From the IMG/VR virus record IMGVR_UViG_3300004625_000001: DNA of 51,993 nucleotides, one strand, 5' to 3'. This document shows positions 15,159 through 23,310 of the stretch, in pieces (the first letter of the stretch is position 1; each line of letters opens with the position of its first letter). This DNA comes from a virus. A program made the translations under genes and the position numbers. The notes below the pieces were generated by a model that saw only the letters and a list, made by a program, of their open reading frames with translations, was not told where the DNA came from and searched no databases.

Positions 15159-15922
15159 GCAACCGCGCCTGGATGCCTCTCCACATCGGCGACTATCTCG
15201 CAGACACCGGCCATCTGACGGCGACCGAGCACGGCGCATACCTGCTGCTGATCATGCACTATTGGCAGAACGGCCGGCTGCCGGAAAACGAGCGCGTCAT
15301 TGCCCGCATTGCCAAGCTTTCGCCGGAGCAGTGGGAAGAGAGTCGCGACATCCTCGCCATGTTGTTCGGGCCAGGTTGGACACATAAGCGCATCGATGCC
15401 GAGCTGTCGAAGGCGGACGAGATCATCGGGAAGCGCCGCTCGGCTGCAGAGGCGCGGCATTCGAAGGGCAAAACGCAAACTTCAGATGCAAATGCAATGC
15501 ATGTGCAAAGGAAATGCAGTGATACGGGCGTGCCACCTTTAACCGATAACCTATCTTCCTCACTTCGTTCGGAAGACGCGAGCGCGCCCACATCCGATTC
15601 TGACTTCGAAGAATTCTGGGATGCCTACCCGAACAAGATCGGTAGGCCGTCGGCCGAGAAGGCCTTCTCGCAAGCCATAAAGCGCGCCAGCCTCGACGAA
15701 ATCATGACTGGTGTCAGGGCGTATGCCGCGAAAACCGACGATCGCCAGTGGTGCTCGCCGGTCCGATGGCTATCCGACGACCGCTGGAAAGACCAGCCGG
15801 CCAAGCCTCCCGACAAGCAGCCTCGCAAGCCAAGCGGCCTTGCGCACCTGCAGAAACCACAGACCCGAGAAGAATACCTCGCCCAGGAGCGAGCCAGATC
15901 CGAGAGGAGCTTCAGTCGATGA
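15155..15922 (+). CDS. DUF1376 (YdaU-like) replication-associated protein
   Basis: WMPLHIGDYLADTGHLTATEHGAYLLLIMHYWQNGRLP is the DUF1376 signature. Confidence 0.8.
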   Translation: MSNRAWMPLHIGDYLADTGHLTATEHGAYLLLIMHYWQNGRLPENERVIARIAKLSPEQWEESRDILAMLFGPGWTHKRIDAELSKADEIIGKRRSAAEARHSKGKTQTSDANAMHVQRKCSDTGVPPLTDNLSSSLRSEDASAPTSDSDFEEFWDAYPNKIGRPSAEKAFSQAIKRASLDEIMTGVRAYAAKTDDRQWCSPVRWLSDDRWKDQPAKPPDKQPRKPSGLAHLQKPQTREEYLAQERARSERSFSR

Positions 15923-16374
15923 TCGTAGCAGCCAGACAGTTCACCAGCGCAGCCGAGATGCGCGCCCACTATGCGGCGGTGCATCAGCGCTGCGTCAACC
16001 CGGTGGTGCCGGCAAAGCCTGAGCCGGTCGTCATCGAGGCGGCGGCAAGGTTCGTATTCAGGCAACTTCCGCTCTGGAAGGTGAAGGATATCCACTTCGA
16101 CGCTCACATGGTCGAGTGGTGGGACCGCGCTGGAAACCCGGCCAAAACGTATCTGAAGGATCGGTGTCTGGAACTCGATGTGCAGTACCGCGGCATTATC
16201 GGCCGCAGCCAGTGCCACCCGATCGTGAAGGTGCGTCAGGAGCTCATGTGGGAGCTGCGGGACAAATTCGGCTTGAGCTTCCCGGCGATCGGCCGGCTGT
16301 TCGGCGGACGCGATCACACCACCGTTCTCTTTGCCGTCCGGAAGGTCGAAGCCATGAAGCGGGGTGAGGCATGA
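15919..16374 (+). CDS. DnaA domain IV-like HTH protein
   Basis: C-terminus VRQELMWELRDKFGLSFPAIGRLFGGRDHTTVLFAVRKV matches the DnaA C-terminal DNA-binding motif. Start at 15919 has an ATGA overlap. Confidence 0.75.
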   Translation: MIVAARQFTSAAEMRAHYAAVHQRCVNPVVPAKPEPVVIEAAARFVFRQLPLWKVKDIHFDAHMVEWWDRAGNPAKTYLKDRCLELDVQYRGIIGRSQCHPIVKVRQELMWELRDKFGLSFPAIGRLFGGRDHTTVLFAVRKVEAMKRGEA

Positions 16375-16673
16375 ACCGATACAGCGCATATCCTCGCCGC
16401 GTCCCTGGCGGCTTCGGCTACTGGGCAATGATCAGGCTTTGCCGCGATAGCGAGCCGTCGCCGGTCATGGACACAGGCGACAAGCCGAAGGTGTTCAGCA
16501 GCAAAGGCGAAGCTGCCGAGGAATGCCTCAAGCATATGGTCGCCTTCATGAACGGCCGCGAAATCCGCGGCGAGACATTCGACGTCACAGTCAAACCGGC
16601 GGTGGCGGCGCGGGCCAGGGCTGAGAAGCTCTTCATCGGTGGCGGCCGAACAGTTGAAGTCGAATGGGTATAG
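16371..16673 (+). CDS. Hypothetical protein
   Basis: 100 aa, ATGA-coupled. Confidence 0.6.
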   Translation: MNRYSAYPRRVPGGFGYWAMIRLCRDSEPSPVMDTGDKPKVFSSKGEAAEECLKHMVAFMNGREIRGETFDVTVKPAVAARARAEKLFIGGGRTVEVEWV

Positions 16674-16688
16674 GCGAGGGAAACGGAA

Positions 16689-17303
16689 ATGGCGGAACCG
16701 AAAAAAGCGCGCAAACGGCCGGCGCGGACGTTCAAGGGCCTGACAGTTGCGAACGTCGACGAATTCAGCGGCCTCGGAAGCCAGCATGCCAAGGTGAAGC
16801 TCGTCGAGATCGAGAACCCGCATTACAGCAAGGTTCACGCCGGGGCATCTGGCAATCCGAAGACGATTACAGCGGCCATGAACTTGCGGGAGAGCCCGAT
16901 CGCCATGATGGCGGCGAAAGGGCATCTCGAAGCGCACCAGGTCGAGGCAGCGATCAAGTTCCGCCGGCTGTGGGAATCTCTCGGTGGAGCGGGCGCCGGA
17001 TCGTTCGATTATTCCCGCGAGCCTGTGGACGGCGGCGGTGCCCGGGAGCCAATCAGCGATCGCCAGATTGATGCCGGCTTCAAGCTTCAGGAGTGCCGGG
17101 AACTGCTCGGCCGCCGGCACTACGACGTCGTCAGCCGCGTTGCAGGGGAGGGCTGCACCATAGCCGAGCTCGGGGTGTCGAAGCGCGCTCGGCACACGCT
17201 GGCAGACTATCTGAAAGATGCCCTAGAGGATTTGGCTGTGCATTGGGGCTTCCAGAAGCGAAAAACACCACAGAATTCCCAATCGGTAGTGTTGCCAAGG
17301 TAA
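16689..17303 (+). CDS. Hypothetical protein, possible late-gene regulator (HTH-like C-terminal region)
   Basis: Last gene of the early-right operon, before a strong terminator. ...DVVSRVAGEGCTIAELGVSKRARHTLADYLKDAL is HTH-like. Function is inferred from position only. Confidence 0.6.
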   Translation: MAEPKKARKRPARTFKGLTVANVDEFSGLGSQHAKVKLVEIENPHYSKVHAGASGNPKTITAAMNLRESPIAMMAAKGHLEAHQVEAAIKFRRLWESLGGAGAGSFDYSREPVDGGGAREPISDRQIDAGFKLQECRELLGRRHYDVVSRVAGEGCTIAELGVSKRARHTLADYLKDALEDLAVHWGFQKRKTPQNSQSVVLPR

Positions 17304-17360
17304 ACCTTGCAGGGTATTTAGTGATTAGTGTGGTGATTTGCGCAGAGCGATCACCGAATC

Positions 17361-17383
17361 AGCCGCCTCCGGGCGGCTTTTTG
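17361..17383 (+). terminator. Rho-independent terminator ending the early-right operon
   Basis: agccgcc-tccg-ggcggct followed by TTTTT. Flanking gaatca/tgattc extends the stem. Confidence 0.75.
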
Positions 17384-17526
17384 ATTCGGCCCATACGACA
17401 TCCGGCCTGGTCTAGTCGGTTAAACAGCAGTGAAAATCCCACGTAGACTGCCACCCTCAGGGGCCGATTATGGTGCGCCCGTACCTATCAGTAGCAGTCT
17501 GTAGCCAGCCGGTTCGTGGCGGCGGG

Positions 17527-17931
17527 TTATGATTTGTAGACCATCCGCTTGTCGACCTTGCCGCCCCGGACGAGCGCAATGCTGCCCTTTATGTTCGAGG
17601 CGATGCCGGTATCGAAAGTAATATTTTCGCCGAAGAAGTGCCTAGCAGTGATCTCAATGTCTTCGCCATAAACTCGAATTGCCGGCTCGTCATCCAGCAT
17701 CCCATCTGCACCGATATGGAATGGGTGGACTATCATGACGTCGTCGTCACTGATCTCCTGGCGCTCTAGTTTTCTAGCATACTCCGCCGCTTTCAGGTGG
17801 ATGGGCCGAACTGCAGATTTGCCAGCCTCTAGGTCCTGGTACGTCCGAAAGGGCACGCCCATCCGGTCTGCCATTTCCGATTGCGTTAGGCCAAGTTCCT
17901 TTCGCATGGCGAGGAGATCGTTGTAAGACAT
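17527..17931 (-). CDS. XRE-family HTH protein with uncharacterised C-terminal domain (moron)
   Basis: HTH LGLTQSEMADRMGVPFRTYQDLEAGKS. ATG at 17931 has a GGAG RBS; the listed 17943 start is TTG. Confidence 0.75.
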   Translation of the reverse strand: MSYNDLLAMRKELGLTQSEMADRMGVPFRTYQDLEAGKSAVRPIHLKAAEYARKLERQEISDDDVMIVHPFHIGADGMLDDEPAIRVYGEDIEITARHFFGENITFDTGIASNIKGSIALVRGGKVDKRMVYKS

Positions 17932-17998
17932 TGAAGGCTCCAAGGCTGTTTGCTATATCTTGGGGAACCGGAGAGGTTGCAGCCCCTCCGGCCCCCAG

Positions 17999-18067
17999 TT
18001 ACCGGCCGATGGAGATCGTTACTCTCCACTTGCCGAACCGGACTTGAAGGGTGAGCTTGACGCTCAT
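17999..18067 (-). CDS. Possible 22-aa leader ORF upstream of the XRE gene
   Basis: GGAGG-N5-ATG; MSVKLTLQVRFGKWRVTISIGR; flanked by hairpins on both sides. Confidence 0.3.
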   Translation of the reverse strand: MSVKLTLQVRFGKWRVTISIGR

Positions 18068-18116
18068 GGTGGCCTCCAGTCCTCCCGAAGCGGAATTGCT
18101 TCGGTAAGATTGTTAT

Positions 18117-18163
18117 GCACGAAAACCGTGCTTTACACAAGTGAAAAAGCACGAAAACCGTGT
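18117..18163. promoter_or_regulatory. Two copies of palindrome GCACGAAAACCGTG(C/T) (putative operators of the XRE moron)
   Basis: Copies at 18117-18131 and 18149-18163, 32 bp apart. They bracket a TTGTGT...CATAAC promoter-like element on the minus strand. Confidence 0.5.
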
Positions 18164-18185
18164 GATAGTTTGAAGCCGTCTGTTC

Positions 18186-18293
18186 CTATCGAACGGGCGG
18201 CTTTTTGCTGTCGAGATGTTTGTCGATTGTGGTCACGATCTGAACGATCACGAGCGCAATTTGGAAGAGCATCAGGATAGACATGTTACGCAT
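18186..18293 (-). CDS. Possible 35-aa hydrophobic peptide
   Basis: GGAGG just upstream; MRNMSILMLFQIALVIVQIVTTIDKHLDSKKPPVR. A plus-strand terminator-like hairpin with T5 overlaps its 3' end. Confidence 0.35.
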   Translation of the reverse strand: MRNMSILMLFQIALVIVQIVTTIDKHLDSKKPPVR

Positions 18294-18458
18294 CACCTCC
18301 TTTCGTTGAGCAATTATGGTTTTGAAGGACCAAAACCAAATGCAGGCGGAGATTTTTGTATCTCACGCGGTCCCGGGAATTGCCTAGGCGGCGAGAGATT
18401 GCTCGGGCGAGCCGATATCAATCCTAAAAGGGTCCATCATCGGACTGAGGAGAGCGAG

Positions 18459-18572
18459 ATGAAGCGAGCCGTGATTGCTGTTCTATTCGCCATCGCCGTC
18501 GCCTGCATGGCTGCCGCTTTCCTCACAGCATGCCAATCGTACCAGCCGGCGGGTGAGGGGATTTGGCTGTAA
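18459..18572 (+). CDS. Small lipoprotein (37 aa, entericidin-like size)
   Basis: GAGGAG RBS; MKRAVIAVLFAIAVACMAAAFLTAC with an FLTAC lipobox. Confidence 0.55.
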   Translation: MKRAVIAVLFAIAVACMAAAFLTACQSYQPAGEGIWL

Positions 18573-18576
18573 GGTG

Positions 18577-19128
18577 CTACTGATCTATCCGGTCTTTATG
18601 ACGCCATGTAATTGGCCAAATTGTCCCTCCGCCAATATCTTTGCCGTGGCTGATAACGTGGAGGAAAATTGAGTTGCATAGCTGATCTATTTTTTTCGCC
18701 GTTGTAAGCGCGCGAAGGCGAGTGATTGGCCACTCTGTTTTCTGCTTGTGGCTCTTGAAATTTATGATGATCGCGTCAGCGTTCGTTTTTGACGATGCCG
18801 GATCCACGTACAGGCCATGAATGATTTGCTCACGCTCGTTCTTCATCGCCAGTACCTTGTCGATAAGGTCGATAAGGCCTTGCGTGCCCGGCGTCGTAGC
18901 ATGATCAGTTCTTAGGATGGACTTGAGTTTATCGCACCTCTGCTGAACCCCTTTGCTGTTGATGAAGGCGCCAATGTCCTCCCCAGCTGGATCCGAGGCC
19001 CAAAACAGCAAGTTGTCGATTTGGAATTCTAGTGCCGACCATTTCACCGCGACGGTCCCTATGGCCTCCAATAGCTTTGGGCCAGGGATCGAAACGAACT
19101 CTTCTTCTTTGCCGTGCTGTTTCGTCAC
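18577..19128 (-). CDS. HEPN-motif protein (putative RNase toxin/Abi effector)
   Basis: 183 aa; R-x4-H motif in NEREQIIHG; helical; AT-richer than neighbours. ATGA-coupled to the upstream 75-aa ORF. Confidence 0.5.
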   Translation of the reverse strand: MTKQHGKEEEFVSIPGPKLLEAIGTVAVKWSALEFQIDNLLFWASDPAGEDIGAFINSKGVQQRCDKLKSILRTDHATTPGTQGLIDLIDKVLAMKNEREQIIHGLYVDPASSKTNADAIIINFKSHKQKTEWPITRLRALTTAKKIDQLCNSIFLHVISHGKDIGGGTIWPITWRHKDRIDQ

Positions 19129-19352
19129 TTCGATCCGTACCGCTTTTCGAGGGCCGCGAGGTAGGACGAATAGCTGTCGATTAGCCGGAGGTGGAGTTGC
19201 TTCTGCTCGTCAATGAGCACCTGGTCTGGCCTGGTGTCTTCAACGTCCCTGATTACGAAGCGGTATTTGTCGATATAGTCGATCATCTCCTCTGCGTGTC
19301 GGATCACTTCCTCGTAGCGCCCACGCACATTCTCAAGTTGTTCAGCGTCCAT
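19125..19352 (-). CDS. Small acidic helical protein, partner of the HEPN-motif gene
   Basis: Start MDAEQLENV at 19352 has GGGAGG-N5. 75 aa. Confidence 0.5.
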   Translation of the reverse strand: MDAEQLENVRGRYEEVIRHAEEMIDYIDKYRFVIRDVEDTRPDQVLIDEQKQLHLRLIDSYSSYLAALEKRYGSK

Positions 19353-19374
19353 CCTGTCCTCCCAAGGTAAAGCA

Positions 19375-19923
19375 ATGCCCGCATTGAGTGAAAAACAGAA
19401 GCGGTTCGTCGCAGAGTATCTGATCGACCTCAATGCAACGCAAGCCGCAATTAGGGCGGGCTACAGCGCCAAGACCGCCCAACAGCAAGGCAGCCGCCTG
19501 TTGTCAAATGTTGTGGTGCAGGAAGAGCTCTCAAGGCAGCAGAGCAAGGTCGCTCAACGGCTCGAAATCACCAAAGAGCGTATCGTCGACGAGCTGGCAA
19601 AGATCGGCTTTGCCAACATGCTCGACTACATGCGGGCCGGTCCCGACGGCGATCCATATCTCGACTTCTCCGGATTGACGCGCGATCAGGCCGCAGCGCT
19701 TTCGGAGGTTACCGTCGAGGACTTCAAGGATGGGAGGGGCGAAGACGCCCGCGACGTTCGTCGGGTAAAGTTCAAGCTGCACGACAAGAAGGGCGCCTTG
19801 GTCGACCTCGCTAAGATGCTCGGCTTCATTGTCGAGAAGCACGAGCACACTGGTAAAGACGGCGCGCCGATACAGACCGAGACGAGAACATGGCGGGAAG
19901 TGCTGCGCAGCGAAAAGAGCTAG
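19375..19923 (+). CDS. terS: Terminase small subunit (Terminase_2/P27 type)
   Basis: LSEKQKRFVAEYLIDLNATQAAIRAGYSAKTAQQQGSRLL is the family signature. Confidence 0.9.
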   Translation: MPALSEKQKRFVAEYLIDLNATQAAIRAGYSAKTAQQQGSRLLSNVVVQEELSRQQSKVAQRLEITKERIVDELAKIGFANMLDYMRAGPDGDPYLDFSGLTRDQAAALSEVTVEDFKDGRGEDARDVRRVKFKLHDKKGALVDLAKMLGFIVEKHEHTGKDGAPIQTETRTWREVLRSEKS

Positions 19924-21329
19924 ACGCGACCACCCATCTCACCAACCCGGCCCTTCACGATTTTTGGGAGCAGGTTTTCTTCGGGCAGGCAGACATCGCG
20001 GTTCTCCACGGTGGGCGTTCAAGCTCAAAGACACGAGACACGGCATGCCAGCTGGTGCGCCTGGTCGACCATGTCGGCGTCAGGATGCGGGTTCTTTGCA
20101 TCCGCCGTTTCCAGAACCGCATTCAGGATTCGGTTTACACCGAACTGAAGTGGGCGATTGCTCATCTCGGGCTTGAAGCCGCATACGACGTCCAGAAGAC
20201 GACGATCATTCACCGGCGGACCGGCGCGGAGTTCATCTTCTACGGGATCGAGCGGAACCTCGAAGACATCAAGGGGACGTCCGACGTCGATATCCTTTGG
20301 GTGGAAGAGGCGGAGAAGCTGACCGAGGATCAGTGGACCGTCATTGGCCCGACGATCCGCAAGGAAGACAGCCTGGCTATCCTGCTGTTCAACCCGAAGC
20401 TCGTCACCGACTACGTCTGGAAACACTTCGTCGTCAACGTTCCTCCACACTGCATCGTGCGGAAGATCAACTACACAGAAAACCCGTTCCTTTCCGCCAA
20501 GGCATTGCGCGACATCGCAGCAATGAAGGAACGAAACCCGGAGCTGTTCGAGCACATCTACGGCGGCGTGCCGCTCGGCGATGGCGAACTGTCGATCTTC
20601 AAGCGCAAATGGCTTGAGGCCTGTGTCGATGCCCACAAGGTTCTCAAGCTCTCGCTGACCGGCCGGAACATCATCGGCTTCGACCCTGCCGACGACGGCG
20701 AGGACAAGAGCGCGACGGCTGACAAGATCGGCGGGGTCTTCATAGATGCCGAGGACTGGTCATCCGGCAAGGATGAGCTCGTCCAAAACGCCAAGCGTGT
20801 CTGGGCCAAGGCAAAGCACGCCGATTCAACGGTCTCCTACGACACGATCGGCGTCGGTGCATTCGTGGGCGGCTACATCGACGAGCAAAACCAGGTCAAC
20901 GGGACCAAAGTGAAGCATTACGCATTCCACGCCGGCGGCGCAGTGATGGACGGCGACAAGCCGAGCGACCCTTTCAACAAAAACAGTCCTTTGAACAAGG
21001 ATGAATATCTGAACCTGAAGGCGCAGGCGTGGGCCAACACTGCCCGCCGCGCCATGCTCACGTTCAACGCGGTGGCACGAGGCCAGCCGATCAAGCCCGA
21101 GGATGTTTTGTCGTTCTCATCGCAGATCGACGTCAAGAGGCTTGATGCGCTGTTCACTGAGCTTTGTGTTCCGTGGTGGGTAGAGACCGAAGGCAAAAAG
21201 CGGGTCGTGCCCAAGGCGAAGCTTAAGAAGGATCTGGGTGTGAAGTCTCACAACCTGGCTGATGCTGTTATCGCTGCCGACAACGTTCACATCACCGGCT
21301 CGACTTACACCCTTTCGAACATTGGATGA
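19890..21329 (+). CDS. terL: Terminase large subunit (PBSX/Terminase_3-like)
   Basis: Walker A-like LHGGRSSSKT and Walker B-like ILWVEEAE; nuclease half follows. Position is after terS. Confidence 0.9.
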   Translation: MAGSAAQRKELDATTHLTNPALHDFWEQVFFGQADIAVLHGGRSSSKTRDTACQLVRLVDHVGVRMRVLCIRRFQNRIQDSVYTELKWAIAHLGLEAAYDVQKTTIIHRRTGAEFIFYGIERNLEDIKGTSDVDILWVEEAEKLTEDQWTVIGPTIRKEDSLAILLFNPKLVTDYVWKHFVVNVPPHCIVRKINYTENPFLSAKALRDIAAMKERNPELFEHIYGGVPLGDGELSIFKRKWLEACVDAHKVLKLSLTGRNIIGFDPADDGEDKSATADKIGGVFIDAEDWSSGKDELVQNAKRVWAKAKHADSTVSYDTIGVGAFVGGYIDEQNQVNGTKVKHYAFHAGGAVMDGDKPSDPFNKNSPLNKDEYLNLKAQAWANTARRAMLTFNAVARGQPIKPEDVLSFSSQIDVKRLDALFTELCVPWWVETEGKKRVVPKAKLKKDLGVKSHNLADAVIAADNVHITGSTYTLSNIG

Positions 21330-21332
21330 CCG

Positions 21333-21482
21333 ATGGCCTGTGGACCTTGTGAAAAGCGTCGCCAGATGATCGCCGAAGCACGGAAGCAGGCCGGGGCTAA
21401 GGGCTTCCTCAAAGTGTTGCCGAAGGTCGCCAAAGACGTCGTGAAGAACCCGCCGAACATCAGGAAGAGCCGCAATGGGTGA
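21333..21482 (+). CDS. Possible 49-aa basic protein between terL and portal
   Basis: MACGPCEKRRQMIAEARKQAGAKGFLKVLPKVAKDVVKNPPNIRKSRNG; overlaps the portal start by 8 nt. Confidence 0.35.
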   Translation: MACGPCEKRRQMIAEARKQAGAKGFLKVLPKVAKDVVKNPPNIRKSRNG

Positions 21483-23310
21483 CGTTATCCAGCTTCGGGC
21501 GAATGACAGCCTGCGCTCGATGGTCGCCGGCCTCGGCGATCCCTTCCGAGACAAGATGGCTACGGCCTCGTATGGCCTGCAGTACATCGACGACTATCAG
21601 CTCGCCGCCATCTACAAGAGCAACTGGCTCGGCAAGAAGATCGTAAAAATCCCGGCCTTGGATGCTATCCGTAAGGGCAGGGACTGGCAGGCGGAGCAGG
21701 ACCAGATCGAGGCCATCGAGGCAGAGCAGAACCGGCTAGGCTTCTGGCACAAGCTGCTTGAGGTAAAGGTCAAGGCCCGGCTGTGGGGTGGCGCTGCGCT
21801 GTTCATCGGTACTGGCGAGCAGGATCTCATGCAGCCCCTGAATGTCGAACGGACCGGGAAGGGCGGAATCAAATACCTTACGGCGCTGTCGCGTCGCGAT
21901 GTCGCCGCCGGGCCGATCGATCAGAATGTATTGTCCGATTTCTACGGCAAGCCGTCATATTACGAGGTGACCGGCAACGCATCGATGATCCGCATCCACC
22001 CATCAAGGTTTGCCGTCTTCATCGGCGAGCCCCATGGAGACAACCTGCTGAACTTCGGCGTGAACGACGGTTGGGGCGACAGCATCATCGAGGCCGTTTA
22101 CTCGGCGATGAAAAATGCAGATGCGACGGCGGCGAACATTGCCAGCCTCGTCTTCGAGGCCAACGTCGACGTGTTCCGGATCCCGGATTTCATGAACGGC
22201 CTGGCCGACCCGGAATATAGGAGCCGGCTGCTTGAGCGGTTTTCGCTCGCTGCGACGGCGAAGGGTATCAACCGCGCGCTCGTCCTCGACAAGGAAGAGG
22301 AATACGAGCGTAAGACCATATCGTTCGCCACACTTCCGGAAGTCATGCAGTCGTTTCTGCAGATGGCAGCTGGTGCTGCCGATATCCCGGTGACACGGCT
22401 TCTCGGCCAGTCTCCGGCCGGCATGTCGGCGACCGGCGAATCCGACATGAACAACTATTACGATCGCGTGTCGTCTATCCAGACGCTGGAAGTGACGCCC
22501 GCGCTCTATCGCCTTGACGAGTGCCTGATCCGCTCTGCCCTCGGCAGCCGCCCCGACGAAGTCTTCTATGAGTGGTCACCGCTCAAGCAGATGACCGAGA
22601 AGGAGCAGGCTGAAATCGGCAAGTTGAACGCCGAGACGGCGAAGACGCTGGCCGATACGGGCATCTTCACCCCGGTCGAGCTGCGAACCGTCGTCACGAA
22701 CCAGCTTGTGGAATCGAGCTTCTATCCCGGTCTTGACCAGGCGGTGGCGGCAACTGATGCATCCGGCGAGTTTGACCTCGGTGGCGATGATGAGACCGAT
22801 GAACCGGAAGACCAGCAGCAGACGCGCCAGCGGGCCGCCGACGCTGCACCGCGCACGCTCTACATTCATCGTGACGTGGTGAACGCCGACGACATCAAGA
22901 AGTGGGCGAAGACTCAGGGCTTCGAGACCGTTCAGGACGATCTGCACGTCACCATCATCCACACTCGTACGCCGCTGGACTGGATCAGGGTCGGGAACGA
23001 CATCGAGTGGGCTGACAGCGGCAACACCATCAAGATCCTCGCCGGTGGCCCGCGCCTTATGGAGCAGTTCGGCGATGCGGTCGTGCTTCAGTTCGCAAGC
23101 TCGCGCCTGACCTGGCGTCATGAGGATATCAAGCGCCTCGGCGCCGACACGGATTATCCCGACTACCAGCCACACGTCACGATCTCGTGGCAGAAGCCGG
23201 AAGGAATGGACCTTTCGACGGTCGAGCCGTACCGCGGTGAGATCATCCTCGGGCCGGAAATCTTCCAAGAGGTCAATGACGACTGGAAGAGCAAGATCGT
23301 CGAGGCGTGA
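21475..23310 (+). CDS. Portal protein (DUF1073-like) fused to a C-terminal 2H-phosphoesterase domain
   Basis: Portal body is aa 1-~425. An acidic linker (GEFDLGGDDETDEPEDQQQ) follows. Aa 459-611 carry two H-V-T-I tetrads (LHVTIIH at H491, PHVTISW at H567). Confidence 0.85.
   Translation: MGDVIQLRANDSLRSMVAGLGDPFRDKMATASYGLQYIDDYQLAAIYKSNWLGKKIVKIPALDAIRKGRDWQAEQDQIEAIEAEQNRLGFWHKLLEVKVKARLWGGAALFIGTGEQDLMQPLNVERTGKGGIKYLTALSRRDVAAGPIDQNVLSDFYGKPSYYEVTGNASMIRIHPSRFAVFIGEPHGDNLLNFGVNDGWGDSIIEAVYSAMKNADATAANIASLVFEANVDVFRIPDFMNGLADPEYRSRLLERFSLAATAKGINRALVLDKEEEYERKTISFATLPEVMQSFLQMAAGAADIPVTRLLGQSPAGMSATGESDMNNYYDRVSSIQTLEVTPALYRLDECLIRSALGSRPDEVFYEWSPLKQMTEKEQAEIGKLNAETAKTLADTGIFTPVELRTVVTNQLVESSFYPGLDQAVAATDASGEFDLGGDDETDEPEDQQQTRQRAADAAPRTLYIHRDVVNADDIKKWAKTQGFETVQDDLHVTIIHTRTPLDWIRVGNDIEWADSGNTIKILAGGPRLMEQFGDAVVLQFASSRLTWRHEDIKRLGADTDYPDYQPHVTISWQKPEGMDLSTVEPYRGEIILGPEIFQEVNDDWKSKIVEA

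Noticed and set aside
15625-17195. 267-aa and 293-aa minus-strand ORFs (15625-16428, 16314-17195). Plus-strand shadow ORFs lie at 5397-6299, 6327-7205 and 4699-5370.
   Set aside because: They are antisense to translationally coupled genes with recognisable domains (DUF1376, DnaA-C-like, RecT operon). No motifs or RBS are present.
17390-17460. tRNA-like string ggcctggtctagtcggttaaacagcag (D-loop-like TAGTCGGTTA)
   Set aside because: No T-arm (GGTTCGAATCC-type), no acceptor pairing, and no anticodon stem can be built. It is probably coincidental.
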